The notes: generated by a model from the sequence alone, not told the origin. A stretch of 64,000 bases of DNA from Candidatus Dormiibacterota bacterium (GCA_963748505.1 CAVVJH010000003.1:438960-502959); one strand, 5' to 3'. Positions 18,891-29,786 are shown, counted from the stretch's first letter. Numbers and translations are program-made.

Positions 18891-20935
18891 TCACGCAGCT
18901 GGAGCCCTCGCCCAGGGCTCGCGCTGTCCTCGAACAGACCTTCGGCTTTGCCGACTTCCGCCCCGGACAGGCCGACGTCATCGCCGCGGCGGAGGCGCAG
19001 TCGGACGTCCTCTTCGTCGCCCCGACGGGCTCCGGCAAGAGCATCGCCTACTGGGTGCCGGGGGTTGTCGGCGGCGGGCTGACCCTGGTCGTGTCACCGC
19101 TCATCGCGCTGATGGTCGATCAGGTCGCCCGTCTCAACGCGTTGGGCATTCCGGCCGCCTGCCTGCACAGTCAGGTGAGCGCCGCGACGCGGGCGGAGGC
19201 CATGCGTGCCGCCGTGGCGGGCGAGTTGCGGTTTCTCTACCTCGCGCCGGAGCGGATCGGCGCGCCCGGCGTGCTCGACAGCCTCGGCAAGCTCACGGTC
19301 GCGCGCTTCGTCGTTGACGAGGCGCATTGCATCTCGAGCTGGGGGCACGACTTCCGCCCCGACTACCGTCGCCTCGGGGACGCGATCACGGCCTGCGGCC
19401 GGCCGCCGGTCGGCGCGTTCACCGCGACCGCGACGCCGCGGGTTCGACAGGACATCGCTGCGAGCCTCGGGCTGCGCAGCCCCGTCGAGCGCGTCAGCGG
19501 ATTCGTGCGCGAGAACTTGACGATGTCCGTGGTGCGCTGCCGCGGTGCGGCGGAGAAACGCAGCGCACTCGCGGGACTGGTCCGTCGCGGCAGTGGCCGC
19601 GCACTCATCTACTGCGGCAGCCGCAAGACGACGGAGAGCGTGACCGAGACGCTCTCCGTGGCGGGCGTATCCGTCGCCGCGTACCACGGAGCGCTCGACG
19701 GCGACACGCGGCAGCGCGTTTACGAGCGCTACGCGTCAGGCGCTCTGCACGTCATCGCAGCCACCTCGGCGTTCGGGATGGGAGTCGACTTTCCGGATAT
19801 CCGCCGCGTCATTCATCACGATTTCCCCGGGAGCATCGAGGAGTACTACCAGCAGGCGGGGCGAGCGGGACGAGACGGCGAGCCGTCCGAATGCATCCTG
19901 CTCTACAGCGCCGCGGATCGACAGCTGCAGGAGTTCTTCATCGAGCAGGCATTCCCGGAGCGCGACACGGTCCGTTCCGTGTATCGCGAGTTGTTGCGCG
20001 AGGGCAGCGATGCCATCGATGACTGGGACCGTCGCGGCGTCGCTGCCAATGCAGCGCGTGCCGCGCTGGACCTTCTCCGCCGCGCCGGCGTGATCCAAAC
20101 CGACGGCAGCATCCGGCGGCTGACCGGCGCGCCGGTCGACTTCGACGAGCAGGCCCTGCTCAAGGCCAACGCCTACGCGCGCGTCAACCAGGTGATGGAC
20201 TACGCGGGCTTTCGCGGCTGCCGCCATGCGCGCATCGCTGATTATTTCGGCGAGGAGGGCGTCGCGAGGACCTGCCACGCCTGCGACAACTGCCTCGACG
20301 AGAACCGCACGGCCCTGGTGGTCGTCGATCCGGCCGATGTCGCCGCAGTGCTCGCCTGCGTGGCGAGATTCGACGGCCACCTCGGCGGCGTCCGGCTCGC
20401 GTCGATCCTTCGCGGCACCACCGACACCTGGACATCGTCGCGTCAGTGGGTCACCGAGCTGGCGTTTTTCGGCGCGCTGCGCACGTGGGACCTGGAGCGG
20501 ATTCGCGATCTGCTCGAGCGGCTTGTCGAAGTCGGCTGCGTCAGCCGCGGGCACGGCGAAAAGCCCACCCTCGGTATCACCCAACGCGGCAGCGCGGTGC
20601 TGCGCGGCGACGAGGATGTCGAAGTGGATATCGCCGTACTGTCGCGACGCCCGCAGCCGGCAGGTCGCGTCAAGGGTTCCGGCGGCAGCGCACTCGACAG
20701 CGATGCCAGCGACCTGGTCCGCGCGCGCTTCGAGGCGCTGCGAGGCTGGCGCCTCGAAGTGGCACGTCGTGCCCAGGTACCGCCATACGTCGTCTTTCAC
20801 GACCGCACGCTCGCGGAGATTGCGCAGCGACGGCCGGGTTCGATGGCGGCGCTGGGAACCATCGCCGGAATCGGACCCGCAAAGCTGGACCGTTACGGCG
20901 AGCTGGTCCTCACCGTCCTCCGCGACGGCGACTGA
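18887..20935 (+). CDS. recQ: RecQ-family ATP-dependent DNA helicase (5' end uncertain: no canonical start codon upstream of the conserved N-terminus)
   Basis: In-frame from about 18887: LEQTFGFADFRPGQADVIAAAEAQSDVLFVAPTGSGKSIAYWVPG (motif 0 and Walker A), DEAHCISSWGHDFRPDY, a Zn-binding CxxC...C, RQC, and a C-terminal HRDC (LRGWRLEVARRAQVPPYVVFHDRTLAEIA). The ORF-track start (GTG 19055) would delete Walker A. The open frame begins after a TGA at 18728 and contains only CTG/ATC candidates. Confidence 0.75.
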   Translation: MITQLEPSPRARAVLEQTFGFADFRPGQADVIAAAEAQSDVLFVAPTGSGKSIAYWVPGVVGGGLTLVVSPLIALMVDQVARLNALGIPAACLHSQVSAATRAEAMRAAVAGELRFLYLAPERIGAPGVLDSLGKLTVARFVVDEAHCISSWGHDFRPDYRRLGDAITACGRPPVGAFTATATPRVRQDIAASLGLRSPVERVSGFVRENLTMSVVRCRGAAEKRSALAGLVRRGSGRALIYCGSRKTTESVTETLSVAGVSVAAYHGALDGDTRQRVYERYASGALHVIAATSAFGMGVDFPDIRRVIHHDFPGSIEEYYQQAGRAGRDGEPSECILLYSAADRQLQEFFIEQAFPERDTVRSVYRELLREGSDAIDDWDRRGVAANAARAALDLLRRAGVIQTDGSIRRLTGAPVDFDEQALLKANAYARVNQVMDYAGFRGCRHARIADYFGEEGVARTCHACDNCLDENRTALVVVDPADVAAVLACVARFDGHLGGVRLASILRGTTDTWTSSRQWVTELAFFGALRTWDLERIRDLLERLVEVGCVSRGHGEKPTLGITQRGSAVLRGDEDVEVDIAVLSRRPQPAGRVKGSGGSALDSDASDLVRARFEALRGWRLEVARRAQVPPYVVFHDRTLAEIAQRRPGSMAALGTIAGIGPAKLDRYGELVLTVLRDGD

Positions 20936-20948
20936 TCGAAACGCACCG

Positions 20949-22229
20949 CTAGTGTGCGGCGAGGGACAGCTTCACCTGACCGGTGGCATACGCCGGCGGC
21001 CAGACGACCACGCTCACTCGCGGCGCCTGCCACTGCCAGACGACTGCCGCCGCGCGCGTGTTCTGCCCGAGTTGATCCGGGGCCCTCGAGAAGCGCACCC
21101 CGCCGCCGTTGGACAGGCTGCCATTGGGCAGGTCAAGCGTGCGCGCCGCAGTGGCGATGCTCTGCGCGCTGCCGCTGGTTGCCCTGCCGAGCACATCGGC
21201 AAACAGGACCCAGGCAGCGCTGAAACCGGCGATGCCCTCCTCGTCGGGGACGGCTTGACCGGTGCGCTGGTGCCACATCGCCGCGAACTTGTTGTAGAGG
21301 GCGCGCGCATGCGGGTCGAGCGCGTTCGGGTTGAAGTTGGCCTGCGGGCGATCGGACGCGAAGACTCCGACTGCGCCGGATCCGAGCACGTTGCCGAAGT
21401 CCTGATCGCACTGCGCCATGGTGGTACCCATGAAGACTTTCACCTGCAGCCCGGCGGCGAGGAACGCGCGCCGGAACGCGATGCCGTCCTGGATGTGTGA
21501 GGAGAGCACCAGGATGTCCGGCTTCTCGGTGGCCAGTGCCTGCATGACAGGCGCCCAGTCCGGCGTGTACGGGTTGTAGACGGACTCGCCGCTGATGGCC
21601 AGGCCGCCGGACTCGAGGGCGACACGCGTGGCGTCGGCGACCGAGTGCCCGTATTCGTCGTCAGCGGTGACGAACGACACGCGCAGCCTCGTGACGGGAA
21701 TGCCGAGACGGGGCACCAGCTGGCTGATGATGAACTGGCCCGAGTTGCTGCCCAGCTCCGCACCGTCGACGCCGACGCGGAAGACGAGCGGCGAGCCCTG
21801 TCCGGTCACGCGGTCGGCGACCGCTCCGGTCTCCCAGTAGACCATGCCGTCCGCCGCAACCGCGGCCGCCGCGGGGATGGAAAGCTGCGACGAGTATGCG
21901 CCAATCACGGCAGGAACTCCGTCGGCGTGGAGGCTCGAGACTGCAGCGGCGATCTGGCCCTGGTCCTCGACGTTGCGCACATCGATGGAGACGGGGTGCC
22001 CGTTGACACCACCGGAGGCGTTGACCATCTGCGCGGCCAGCGTCGCGCCGATGTACTCGTCGGTGGAGCCCGGGGTGGTGCTCCCGGAGAGCGGGAAGAT
22101 CGCGCCGATCCGCAGCGGCGCCGGCCCTGCCGCGGCGGCGCTCGCGCAGGCCGCCACCAGACCCGGCAGGATCAGCGCGGCGAGCAATCCCAGGGAGCGA
22201 GGCCGTCCGGCGCCGGAATCCGGGTGCAC
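20949..22229 (-). CDS. ABC transporter substrate-binding lipoprotein (LivJ/branched-chain amino acid-binding family)
   Basis: Lipoprotein signal peptide (LVAAC) and periplasmic binding protein type-I fold signatures. Confidence 0.75.
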   Translation of the reverse strand: MHPDSGAGRPRSLGLLAALILPGLVAACASAAAAGPAPLRIGAIFPLSGSTTPGSTDEYIGATLAAQMVNASGGVNGHPVSIDVRNVEDQGQIAAAVSSLHADGVPAVIGAYSSQLSIPAAAAVAADGMVYWETGAVADRVTGQGSPLVFRVGVDGAELGSNSGQFIISQLVPRLGIPVTRLRVSFVTADDEYGHSVADATRVALESGGLAISGESVYNPYTPDWAPVMQALATEKPDILVLSSHIQDGIAFRRAFLAAGLQVKVFMGTTMAQCDQDFGNVLGSGAVGVFASDRPQANFNPNALDPHARALYNKFAAMWHQRTGQAVPDEEGIAGFSAAWVLFADVLGRATSGSAQSIATAARTLDLPNGSLSNGGGVRFSRAPDQLGQNTRAAAVVWQWQAPRVSVVVWPPAYATGQVKLSLAAH

Positions 22230-22238
22230 CGGGCGATC

Positions 22239-23135
22239 TTAACCCTCGACGCCCTGGGGCAGCGTCGGTTCGAGTTCGAGCCGCCGGGCCATCGCTCTGC
22301 TCCGGCGAGCGCCGAGGCTCTCGGCAACACGAACCACGACGTAGAGGCCGGTGGAGATGGTCGTGATGAAAAAGCTCACCGGATAGGGCGTGAAGTACGC
22401 GACGAAGAGGCCGATCCAGGTCGAGGCGAGCGCAATCACCACGCCGACGACCAGCGCCTGCAGCGGGCTGCGACAAATGCGTTCGGCGATAGCCGCCGGG
22501 GTGACGACCAGCGCGAAGATGAGCAGGATCCCGACGACCTGCACGGAGACCGCAACCGCGAGCCCGACGGTCATGACAAACGCGATCGACAGCGCTTGTA
22601 CGGGTACGCCTCGCGCCTCCGCGACGTCCTCATCGATGGACGCGAAGAGCAGCGGCCGGTACATGGCCGCGATCAATATCAACGTGAGCACGCCGATTGC
22701 GAGCGTGAGCGCGACCTGCCCCTGCTCGACGCCGAGGATCTCCCCGAAGAGGATGGAGACGACGAAGTTGGCGTTGAATCCTTTGTACAGCGCGAGAAAC
22801 AGGACGCCGAGGCCGAGCGCGAAGGCGAGCACGATGCCGATCACCGTGTCGCGGTCATGCAGGCGACGGCCGAGTGCTCCGACAACCCCACCCGCGCAGA
22901 CGCAGGACACCACCAGCCCGACGATCGGCTGCAGCCCGATCAAGGCCGCACCTGCAGCGCCCGCGAAGCCGATGTGGGACAGCGCATGCGCGGCGAATGC
23001 CGTGCGCCGCAGGATCACGAAGTAGCCGACCACCCCGGCCACCACCGACACGATCGCGCCGATCTCGAATGCGCTGACCATGAACTGGTACGACAGCATC
23101 TGGCCGATATCCGAGAAGAGATTCCAGGTGAACAT
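22239..23135 (-). CDS. Metal ABC transporter permease (ZnuB/TroCD, ABC-3 family)
   Basis: 8 TM segments starting MFTWNLFSDIGQMLSYQFMV. The ORF-track 5' extension is discarded. Confidence 0.85.
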   Translation of the reverse strand: MFTWNLFSDIGQMLSYQFMVSAFEIGAIVSVVAGVVGYFVILRRTAFAAHALSHIGFAGAAGAALIGLQPIVGLVVSCVCAGGVVGALGRRLHDRDTVIGIVLAFALGLGVLFLALYKGFNANFVVSILFGEILGVEQGQVALTLAIGVLTLILIAAMYRPLLFASIDEDVAEARGVPVQALSIAFVMTVGLAVAVSVQVVGILLIFALVVTPAAIAERICRSPLQALVVGVVIALASTWIGLFVAYFTPYPVSFFITTISTGLYVVVRVAESLGARRSRAMARRLELEPTLPQGVEG

Positions 23136-23139
23136 CGCG

Positions 23140-23967
23140 TCAGTGCCCGTGCGCGTGCGGGTGCGCGGTTTCCTCGTCGAGCCCCACGACGAAGCGACGG
23201 CCACGGCTGTCGGTGAGCACCTCGATCGGAGCGCCGTACAGTGCTGAGAGCACGGGGCCGGAGACGACCTCATCCGGCGTGCCGGTGGCGACCCCGCCCC
23301 CGGCCACGTAGCAGACCCGGTCGATCACGCGACGCAGCGGGTTGAGATCGTGCGCGACGAGCATCACCGCGATCCCGCGATCGCGAGCGACGTCCTCGAT
23401 GACCTCGACCATCGCCGCCTCATTGCGCACATCGAGGTTGGCGAGCGGCTCGTCGAGGAGCAACAATTTCGGATCGCCCACCAGGGCCTGCGCGAGCAGC
23501 AACCGCTGGCGTTCGCCGCCCGACATCTCGCTCACGCGGCGCGCCGCGTATTCGGTGGCCCGCACCGCGCTGACCGCCGTAGCGACCGTCTCCTGCAGGT
23601 TTCGCGACTGCATCGGCAGGCGGAATCCCCAGCGGTGGCCGTCGATGCCGAAGCCAACCAGGTCGGTACCGCGCACCGCGGCCCCGGCATCGAGCGTGCG
23701 GCCCTGGGGGACGTAGCCGATGTCGGGGCTGCCTCGACGCGGTGGCGACCCCAGCACCGTCAATTCGCCGGCCAGGGGCGGCAGCAGCCCGAGGAGCATG
23801 CGGAGCAGTGTCGACTTGCCCGCACCATTCGGCCCCAGCACGGCGACGAACTCGCCCTGGGCGATCGAGAAGTTCGCGCCACTCCAGACTGTGTTGCCGG
23901 GATAGCCGGCGGCGAGGTCCACTGCGGTGATGACCGGCGTCCCCATCGTCGGCGCGATCGACCTCAC
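23140..23967 (-). CDS. Metal ABC transporter ATP-binding protein (ZnuC/MntA-like)
   Basis: Walker A GPNGAGKST, signature MSGGERQRLLLAQAL, Walker B LLLLDEP. ATGA overlap with the upstream substrate-binding protein gene. Confidence 0.9.
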   Translation of the reverse strand: MRSIAPTMGTPVITAVDLAAGYPGNTVWSGANFSIAQGEFVAVLGPNGAGKSTLLRMLLGLLPPLAGELTVLGSPPRRGSPDIGYVPQGRTLDAGAAVRGTDLVGFGIDGHRWGFRLPMQSRNLQETVATAVSAVRATEYAARRVSEMSGGERQRLLLAQALVGDPKLLLLDEPLANLDVRNEAAMVEVIEDVARDRGIAVMLVAHDLNPLRRVIDRVCYVAGGGVATGTPDEVVSGPVLSALYGAPIEVLTDSRGRRFVVGLDEETAHPHAHGH

Positions 23968-24887
23968 CGCCCGAGCAGGCCGGCGTTGAGCCCGTTGATA
24001 AGCGCGTTCAGCTGACCGTCCATCCAGTCCTCGAACGTCGCGATCGGAGGCTGTATGGTCTCCGACACGCCGACGAGGGGAATGTCCTGCTGCGCCGCCT
24101 CCTTCTTGAGCTGGGTGGTGAGCGGGGTCACCGTCTGGCTGTTGAACACCAGCACGCGAAACGCCTTGGCCCGGATCTGGTCGGTGAAGGTCACGACACT
24201 CGACGCCGGAGGGTCATTGCCCTCTGCGACCGCATCCATGAAAGCGGGTGGAGTGACCAGGTCGAGCTTGGTTGCCTGCGCCATGTACTGGAAGATGCTC
24301 TCCGTCGACGCCACCGGGACTCCCGCGAAGTGCTGCTGGATGTAGGCGACGCTCTGTTTGTATGGTGCCAGCAGCGCCATGAAGGCCGACGCCTGCGCCG
24401 CGAAGTACGAGGACTGGGCGGGCCGGAGCGCTTCGTAGTCCCTGGTGATCCGCGCGATCACCTGATCGACGAACGCCGGGTCGTACCAGAAGTGGGGGTT
24501 GTCGCCGGCAACCTTGCCGACCAGCTTGGCGACGTCGAGCAGTTTCCGGCTCGCCTCCGGTTGCGCGGCCAGCAATTGGTCAGCCCAGGTGTCGTATCCG
24601 GCGCCGTTCACGATCACGTAGTTGGCCGTCGCCATGAGCCGGGCGTCCTCGGGGCTGCTCTCGTACTCGTGAGGATCGGCGTTCGGGTCGGTGACGATGC
24701 TGGTCACCTCGACCTGATTGCCACCAAGCTGCGCAGCGATGCTCCCCCAGGTGTTCTCGGCGGCGACCACGACCAGGCGGCTCCCCTGCGATCCATGACC
24801 GGCACCGCCCCCTGCGGCGCAGCTCGAGATCAGCGAGGGCACCAACAACGCTCCGAGCAGTGTCAGGAAGCTCTTCGATGCAGTCAT
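23964..24887 (-). CDS. Metal ABC transporter substrate-binding lipoprotein (TroA/ZnuA cluster-9 family)
   Basis: Lipobox (ISSC) and cluster-9 binding protein signatures. It is first in the znuA-C-B-type operon on the minus strand. Confidence 0.85.
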   Translation of the reverse strand: MTASKSFLTLLGALLVPSLISSCAAGGGAGHGSQGSRLVVVAAENTWGSIAAQLGGNQVEVTSIVTDPNADPHEYESSPEDARLMATANYVIVNGAGYDTWADQLLAAQPEASRKLLDVAKLVGKVAGDNPHFWYDPAFVDQVIARITRDYEALRPAQSSYFAAQASAFMALLAPYKQSVAYIQQHFAGVPVASTESIFQYMAQATKLDLVTPPAFMDAVAEGNDPPASSVVTFTDQIRAKAFRVLVFNSQTVTPLTTQLKKEAAQQDIPLVGVSETIQPPIATFEDWMDGQLNALINGLNAGLLGR

Positions 24888-24919
24888 GAGACCGAAGTCT
24901 ACATGACACTCAGTATCGT

Positions 24920-25688
24920 TTAGCTTGCGCCGCTCATCAACGCCACCAGCCCGTCATGGAGCACCCCGTTTGTGGTGACCACGTTCCCGGAGTCGATCCG
25001 GTCCCTCCCTGCGAAGTCGCTGAACCGTCCGCCCGCCTCGGCGATGATGACCTGGATCGCAGCGACGTCCCAGGGGTGCACCCGAGCCTCGAGCGCGACG
25101 TCGATGACCCCTTCCGCGACCAGCATGTGCTGCCAGAAATCACCAAAGCCACGAAAGACCCGGGCGCCTTCCAGAAGCGTGCGAAAGCCGGGGCCGGCCG
25201 GGCCCGAGTCGAAATCGCGAACGTCGGTGCACGAGACATACGCGTCCTCGAGTTCGGGCGGTACGGGACACATGGACGCGCTGCTTTGAGTCGGTGAAGG
25301 CGCCCTGACCGGTGGCCGCCCACCAGCGCCGGCCCAGAGCGGGTGCGGAGACGACGCCGCAGACGGCGCGCTCACCCCGTACCAGTGCGATCAAGGTGGC
25401 CCACACCGGAACGCCATTGGCGTAGTTGACGGTTCCGTCGATCGGGTCGAGCAGCCAGCGCCACTCCGAATCGCCGGCGCCCCCGTACTCCTCGCCGACG
25501 ATCGCCTGCTCCGGACGCAAGCGCTGGAGGGCGTCACGCAGGGCTTGCTCGGTGGCCGTGTCCGCGTCGGTCACCGGGCTGCTGTCGGACTTGGTCTCTA
25601 TTCGCAGATCGGGAGCGCGGAAGCGCGCAAGGGTGATCGCGTCAGCGATATCGGCGAGCTCGAGCGCGACTTCGAGGTGGGATTTCAT
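24920..25688 (-). CDS. Inositol monophosphatase / histidinol-phosphatase (HisN) family protein, apparent frameshift at about 25290
   Basis: N-terminal part LDPIDGTVNYANGVPVWATLIALV (the IMPase DPIDGT motif). The C-terminal part WDVAAIQVIIAEAGGRFSDFAG is read in a second frame. The frames join in a gCCCg run. Confidence 0.75.
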
Positions 25689-26960
25689 GGCTGGCCCACC
25701 AGTTTCCCGACCGGCATGGACACCAGGTCGGTGCCGGTCCGCACCTCGGCCGGCGCGGAGCCTCGGAGCAGGTCGGCTGTCACCAATGCGATCACGACCG
25801 CGACGATCGCCGAGGACAGGACGCCCTCGACACCGACCCATGGGCCATCAAAGATCCCCACCACCGTGTTGGTCAGCAAGGTGCCCGCAGTGAGCAGCGC
25901 CGGGACGGCCAGGCGCCAGTTGAGCGCGGTGCCGGGGCGCGCCAGCCACCAGATCGTCCCGAAGACATACGCCTCGAAGAAGTAGTACGGGAAGACAGCC
26001 TTGGCGACGAGCGGGAAGCAGCAGGACGAAATCACCAGCAGACCGATCATTCCCGTTGGGGTCGTCGCCATGGCGCGGGTTCCGTCGCAGCACCAGCGCG
26101 GCGAGCACGAACGCGATCGCTGCCGCGATGTAGACATCGCCGCGCTGCGCGGCCCCGGCGAGTATGGTCTGCCGCAACACGAACCAGAACGAGCCACCTT
26201 CGATCGGAAGACTGCTCCGGTACGTGAACAGCGAATGCACCACCGCTCCCCCGTCGGCGAGGAGCAGGGGCACGAGAGCGGCGGCGATGGTGATCCCCGC
26301 GACGACCACCGTGATCAGCGCCGACCTCGGGCGGCGTGTTCCCAGCGGGAGCAACACGAACGGGATCACGCAGAACGCCGCGGTGGTTCGTGCGAGCATC
26401 GCCGCGCCGAGCGCAACACCGGCTCCCACCGATCGATCGGCGAGGGCCCACCGCACGGCCAGCAGGAGGAGACAGATCTCCACCGGCTGCTCGACATGAC
26501 CGTACTCGAGCACGGCCATCCAGAGAGTCGGTGCAAGCAGCAGGGTTGCCGCGACTGCAACCGGCCACTCGACCACGCCACGCGCCAGTGTGATCAGACG
26601 GACTGATTGGTAGGCGAGCAGGAGCGCAAACAGCGCGACCATCGCGTCAGTGATGGCGGCGCGCGGACCCAGGCTGCTCGCCCACCCGAGGGCGTTGGCC
26701 AGGGCCGCGACCGGTACCAGTTGCACCAGTCCGAGCGGGCCGTTCGCATTGGGGTAGATGTCGTGCGCGTGCGCGGCGTAGATCTGCAGCGGGTGGCCGG
26801 CGACCACGGTCTCCGCCGACGGCCAGAAGAAGAGGTCGAGGTCCGATCGCGTGGTCTTCAGCACCAGCGCGATGAGCGCCGAAGCCAGGACATAGCCCAC
26901 CGCGAGGCCGGGGGTGATGAAGCGCCTGCCCACCGGCGCATTCTGCCCGGTGCCGGTCAC
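25685..26960 (-). CDS. Polytopic membrane protein, GT87/DUF2029-like (putative glycosyl/mannosyl-transferase), apparent frameshift at about 26050
   Basis: At least 10 TM segments. The C-terminal conserved KAVFPYYFFEAYVFGTIWW block continues in a different frame. Confidence 0.6.
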
Positions 26961-27023
26961 GGTCGCGATGCGTGGGTTTCAACCGGCAACCGGTTGCGCC
27001 TCGTTCTTCGTACGCTCCTTGCA

Positions 27024-27722
27024 ATGAGTGATCGTCCCGGTGACCAGCTCACTCCCGCGAGCACGGTCGCGCTGCTCCGCGATGTCGAGGGAGGTGTGGA
27101 GGTCTGCATGCTCCGCCGCCCGAACCGGAGCAGTTTCGCTGCCGACGCGTTCGTCTTTCCGGGCGGGGCGCTCGACCCGGGCGACGGCATTGGCGATGCG
27201 GCCTATGCGGTAGCCGGAATCCGCGAAGTCCTCGAGGAGGTCGGCATTCTCATCGGCGGCCCAGCGCCCGGAAGCGGCGATGACAAGCTCGACGAACGCA
27301 TCGCCCTGGCGCGTGCCGAGGTCCTTGCGGGGTCCGATTTCGCGGAGGCGCTCCGCGCGCACCAGCTGGTCGTCACCCCGGACCTCCTCGTCTACATCGG
27401 GCACTTCATCACGCCGCCACGGGAAGGGCGCCGCTATGACACCCGCTTCTTCGCGCTTGCCGTCACCGATCGCCGAGAGGTACGCGTGCACGCTGCCGAG
27501 GCCGTGGAAGGCGGTTGGCACCGTCCCGAATCGATGCTCTCGCTCACCATGCCGGCGATCATGCCGCCCACGCGAATGATGTGCCACGAGTTCGCGCAAC
27601 TCGGCTCAGTGCAGGCGATCGTGGCCACCCTCGGCGCCCACCCGATCGAGGTGACCAGCATCACGCCGGAGATCATCGCCACCTGGCTCGCGCTCGAGCA
27701 CGAGCGGCCCGCGCCCTCATGA
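27024..27722 (+). CDS. Nudix hydrolase (CoA-pyrophosphatase-like, non-canonical Nudix box)
   Basis: VFPGGALDPGDG...AYAVAGIREVLEEVG. ATGA overlap with the downstream MBL gene. Confidence 0.7.
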   Translation: MSDRPGDQLTPASTVALLRDVEGGVEVCMLRRPNRSSFAADAFVFPGGALDPGDGIGDAAYAVAGIREVLEEVGILIGGPAPGSGDDKLDERIALARAEVLAGSDFAEALRAHQLVVTPDLLVYIGHFITPPREGRRYDTRFFALAVTDRREVRVHAAEAVEGGWHRPESMLSLTMPAIMPPTRMMCHEFAQLGSVQAIVATLGAHPIEVTSITPEIIATWLALEHERPAPS

Positions 27723-28534
27723 GCACGACGACGCGCGTGCTCGCGCCCAATCCGTCCGTCTTCACCGGACGCGGGACCAACACCTACCTGGTGGGCGGCG
27801 GACCGTCACTGATATGCATCGATCCCGGGCCGGATGACGATTCGCACCTCGCCGCCATCCACGCTGCGACCGAGCAACGTGGCGCGCGTATCGCTGTCAT
27901 TGCGCTCACCCATTCGCACTCGGACCACCGCCCCCTCGCGGCCCGGCTCGCGCAGCAGACGGGAGCAACCGTGCTGTGCTTCGACCCGTCCGCCGGTGAC
28001 GACCACGCAGTCGCGCTCGCCGACGGCGACGTCGTGGACGGCGGCGACGCACAGCTGATCGCAGTGCACACGCCAGGTCACACCCGCGACCACCTGTGCT
28101 TCTTCGAGCCAGAGTCGCACACGCTGTACACGGGCGACCACGTGCTCAATGGCACCACCTCGGTGGTGATCCCCGGCGAAGGCGACATGAGGGACTACAT
28201 CGAGTCCTTGCGTCGCATTCAGTCGCTCGAGCCGGCGAGGCTCTTTCCCGGGCACGGTGAGCGCGTCGACGATGCGCCGGGTCTGATCGCCGAGTACATC
28301 GCGCATCGACTGGAACGCGAGGCGCAGGTGCTCGCCGCCGCGCAGGGCCGTGACGAATTCATCCCGATGGATCTGGTCCGAACTCTCTACGCAGGCTATC
28401 CGGAAGCGGTGTATCCGCTCGCCGCGATGACGGTCCAGTCGCACCTCGAAAAGCTCGTGCAAGACGGACTCCTCGATGCGGTCGGCGCCGCGAATCCTGA
28501 CGCGCCGCCACGCTTCGTGGCGCGTCCCGACTGA
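27719..28534 (+). CDS. MBL-fold metallo-hydrolase
   Basis: THSHSDH, HTPGHTRDH and FPGHGE motifs. Confidence 0.85.
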   Translation: MSTTTRVLAPNPSVFTGRGTNTYLVGGGPSLICIDPGPDDDSHLAAIHAATEQRGARIAVIALTHSHSDHRPLAARLAQQTGATVLCFDPSAGDDHAVALADGDVVDGGDAQLIAVHTPGHTRDHLCFFEPESHTLYTGDHVLNGTTSVVIPGEGDMRDYIESLRRIQSLEPARLFPGHGERVDDAPGLIAEYIAHRLEREAQVLAAAQGRDEFIPMDLVRTLYAGYPEAVYPLAAMTVQSHLEKLVQDGLLDAVGAANPDAPPRFVARPD

Positions 28535-29746
28535 TCAGCTTCTGCGGATCTTTCCGAGGGCCGTGCGATCGAGATGGTCGACGATGATCATCTCCTGCGG
28601 GAGCTTGTGCCTGGCGATCGTGGTCGCCGCGTGCTCACGGAGCAACTCGAGTGTTGGCAGAACGCCGGGACTGCGGGGCACCACGCGTGCCACGACGCGC
28701 TCACCCCAGTCGCGGTCGGCCGCCCCGGACACCAGCACCGCCTCGACATCCGCATGTCCTGACAAGGCGGCCTCGACCTCTGCCGGCCAGATCTTCTCTC
28801 CACCGCTGACGATGACATCGGCAAGCCGGCCCTTCACGACGACGGTCCCGTCATCCGTGACCTCACCACCATCGCCGGTGCGCAGCCAGCCGTCCTCGGT
28901 GAACGCGGCCGCGGTGGCTTCAGGATCCAACCGGTAGCCGCGCATCAGCGTGGGGCCGCTGATCAAAAGTTCACCGCTCGGAGCGCAGCGAACCGCAACG
29001 CCCGCAAGCGGCCGTCCCCCGTACACGACCCCGCCGCATGTCTCCGACATCCCATAGGTCTGCACCGCGCGCACGCCTGCCTTTGCGGCGCGAATCGCAA
29101 ATCCGGCGTCCATGCCCGAGCCGCCGACGAGCACCGCGCGGAAATGGCTGAGCTCCGCGTCGGCATCCAGCAGGCGAACCAGTTGCGTGGGGACCATCGA
29201 CGTGTAGCGCGCGTCAACCGTCGCGGCAACCACCCTGGGGGTGAGCCGGCGGCGAAAGGTGATCGGCGCGCCCAGGAGCAGGTGCCGGTACACCACGAGC
29301 AGTCCACCGATGTGCGCCAGCGGCAGGCATGAGAGCCAGCGGTCCTTGAGGCGTGCTCCGATGGCGCTTGCGGATGCGGTGATCGCCGCCTCCAGTGCTG
29401 CCATGCTCAGCTCGGCGAGCCGGGGTTGCCCCGACGTTCCCGAGGTCGCAATCACCAGCGCCATCTCCGGCTCGATGCCGACACCTTCGACCCGACGCGC
29501 CTCCTCAGCGTCGATGACGACCGTCGGTCGTGCTCGCGCGAGCAGTGTGTGCTGCTCGGTCAGCGTCAAACGCACATCGATCGGCAGCACGGCGGCGCCA
29601 ACCTCGCGGGCCGCACGCAGGATCGGAATCCACGAGCGCCCGGGGGCCAGTGCCACCGCGATGAGATCCCCGGATCGCACGACGTGCCCGAGCGCAGACG
29701 CTGACATCGTCGCCGAGGGTACCCCGGGCGCCGCCCCGAAGCCCAT
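28535..29746 (-). CDS. menE: o-Succinylbenzoate--CoA ligase (short actinobacterial form)
   Basis: AMP-binding motifs [17 protein letters not shown] and GDGG, set in the men cluster. The start may be internal (MSASALG, about 29707). Confidence 0.8.
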   Translation of the reverse strand: MGFGAAPGVPSATMSASALGHVVRSGDLIAVALAPGRSWIPILRAAREVGAAVLPIDVRLTLTEQHTLLARARPTVVIDAEEARRVEGVGIEPEMALVIATSGTSGQPRLAELSMAALEAAITASASAIGARLKDRWLSCLPLAHIGGLLVVYRHLLLGAPITFRRRLTPRVVAATVDARYTSMVPTQLVRLLDADAELSHFRAVLVGGSGMDAGFAIRAAKAGVRAVQTYGMSETCGGVVYGGRPLAGVAVRCAPSGELLISGPTLMRGYRLDPEATAAAFTEDGWLRTGDGGEVTDDGTVVVKGRLADVIVSGGEKIWPAEVEAALSGHADVEAVLVSGAADRDWGERVVARVVPRSPGVLPTLELLREHAATTIARHKLPQEMIIVDHLDRTALGKIRRS

Positions 29747-29786
29747 CGGGATACCATCCGAAGCGACTGTTCGAGTTCAGCATGAG

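Noticed and set aside
21645-23216. 523-aa plus ORF
   Set aside because: Antisense to the LivJ-like binding protein and the ZnuB-like permease.
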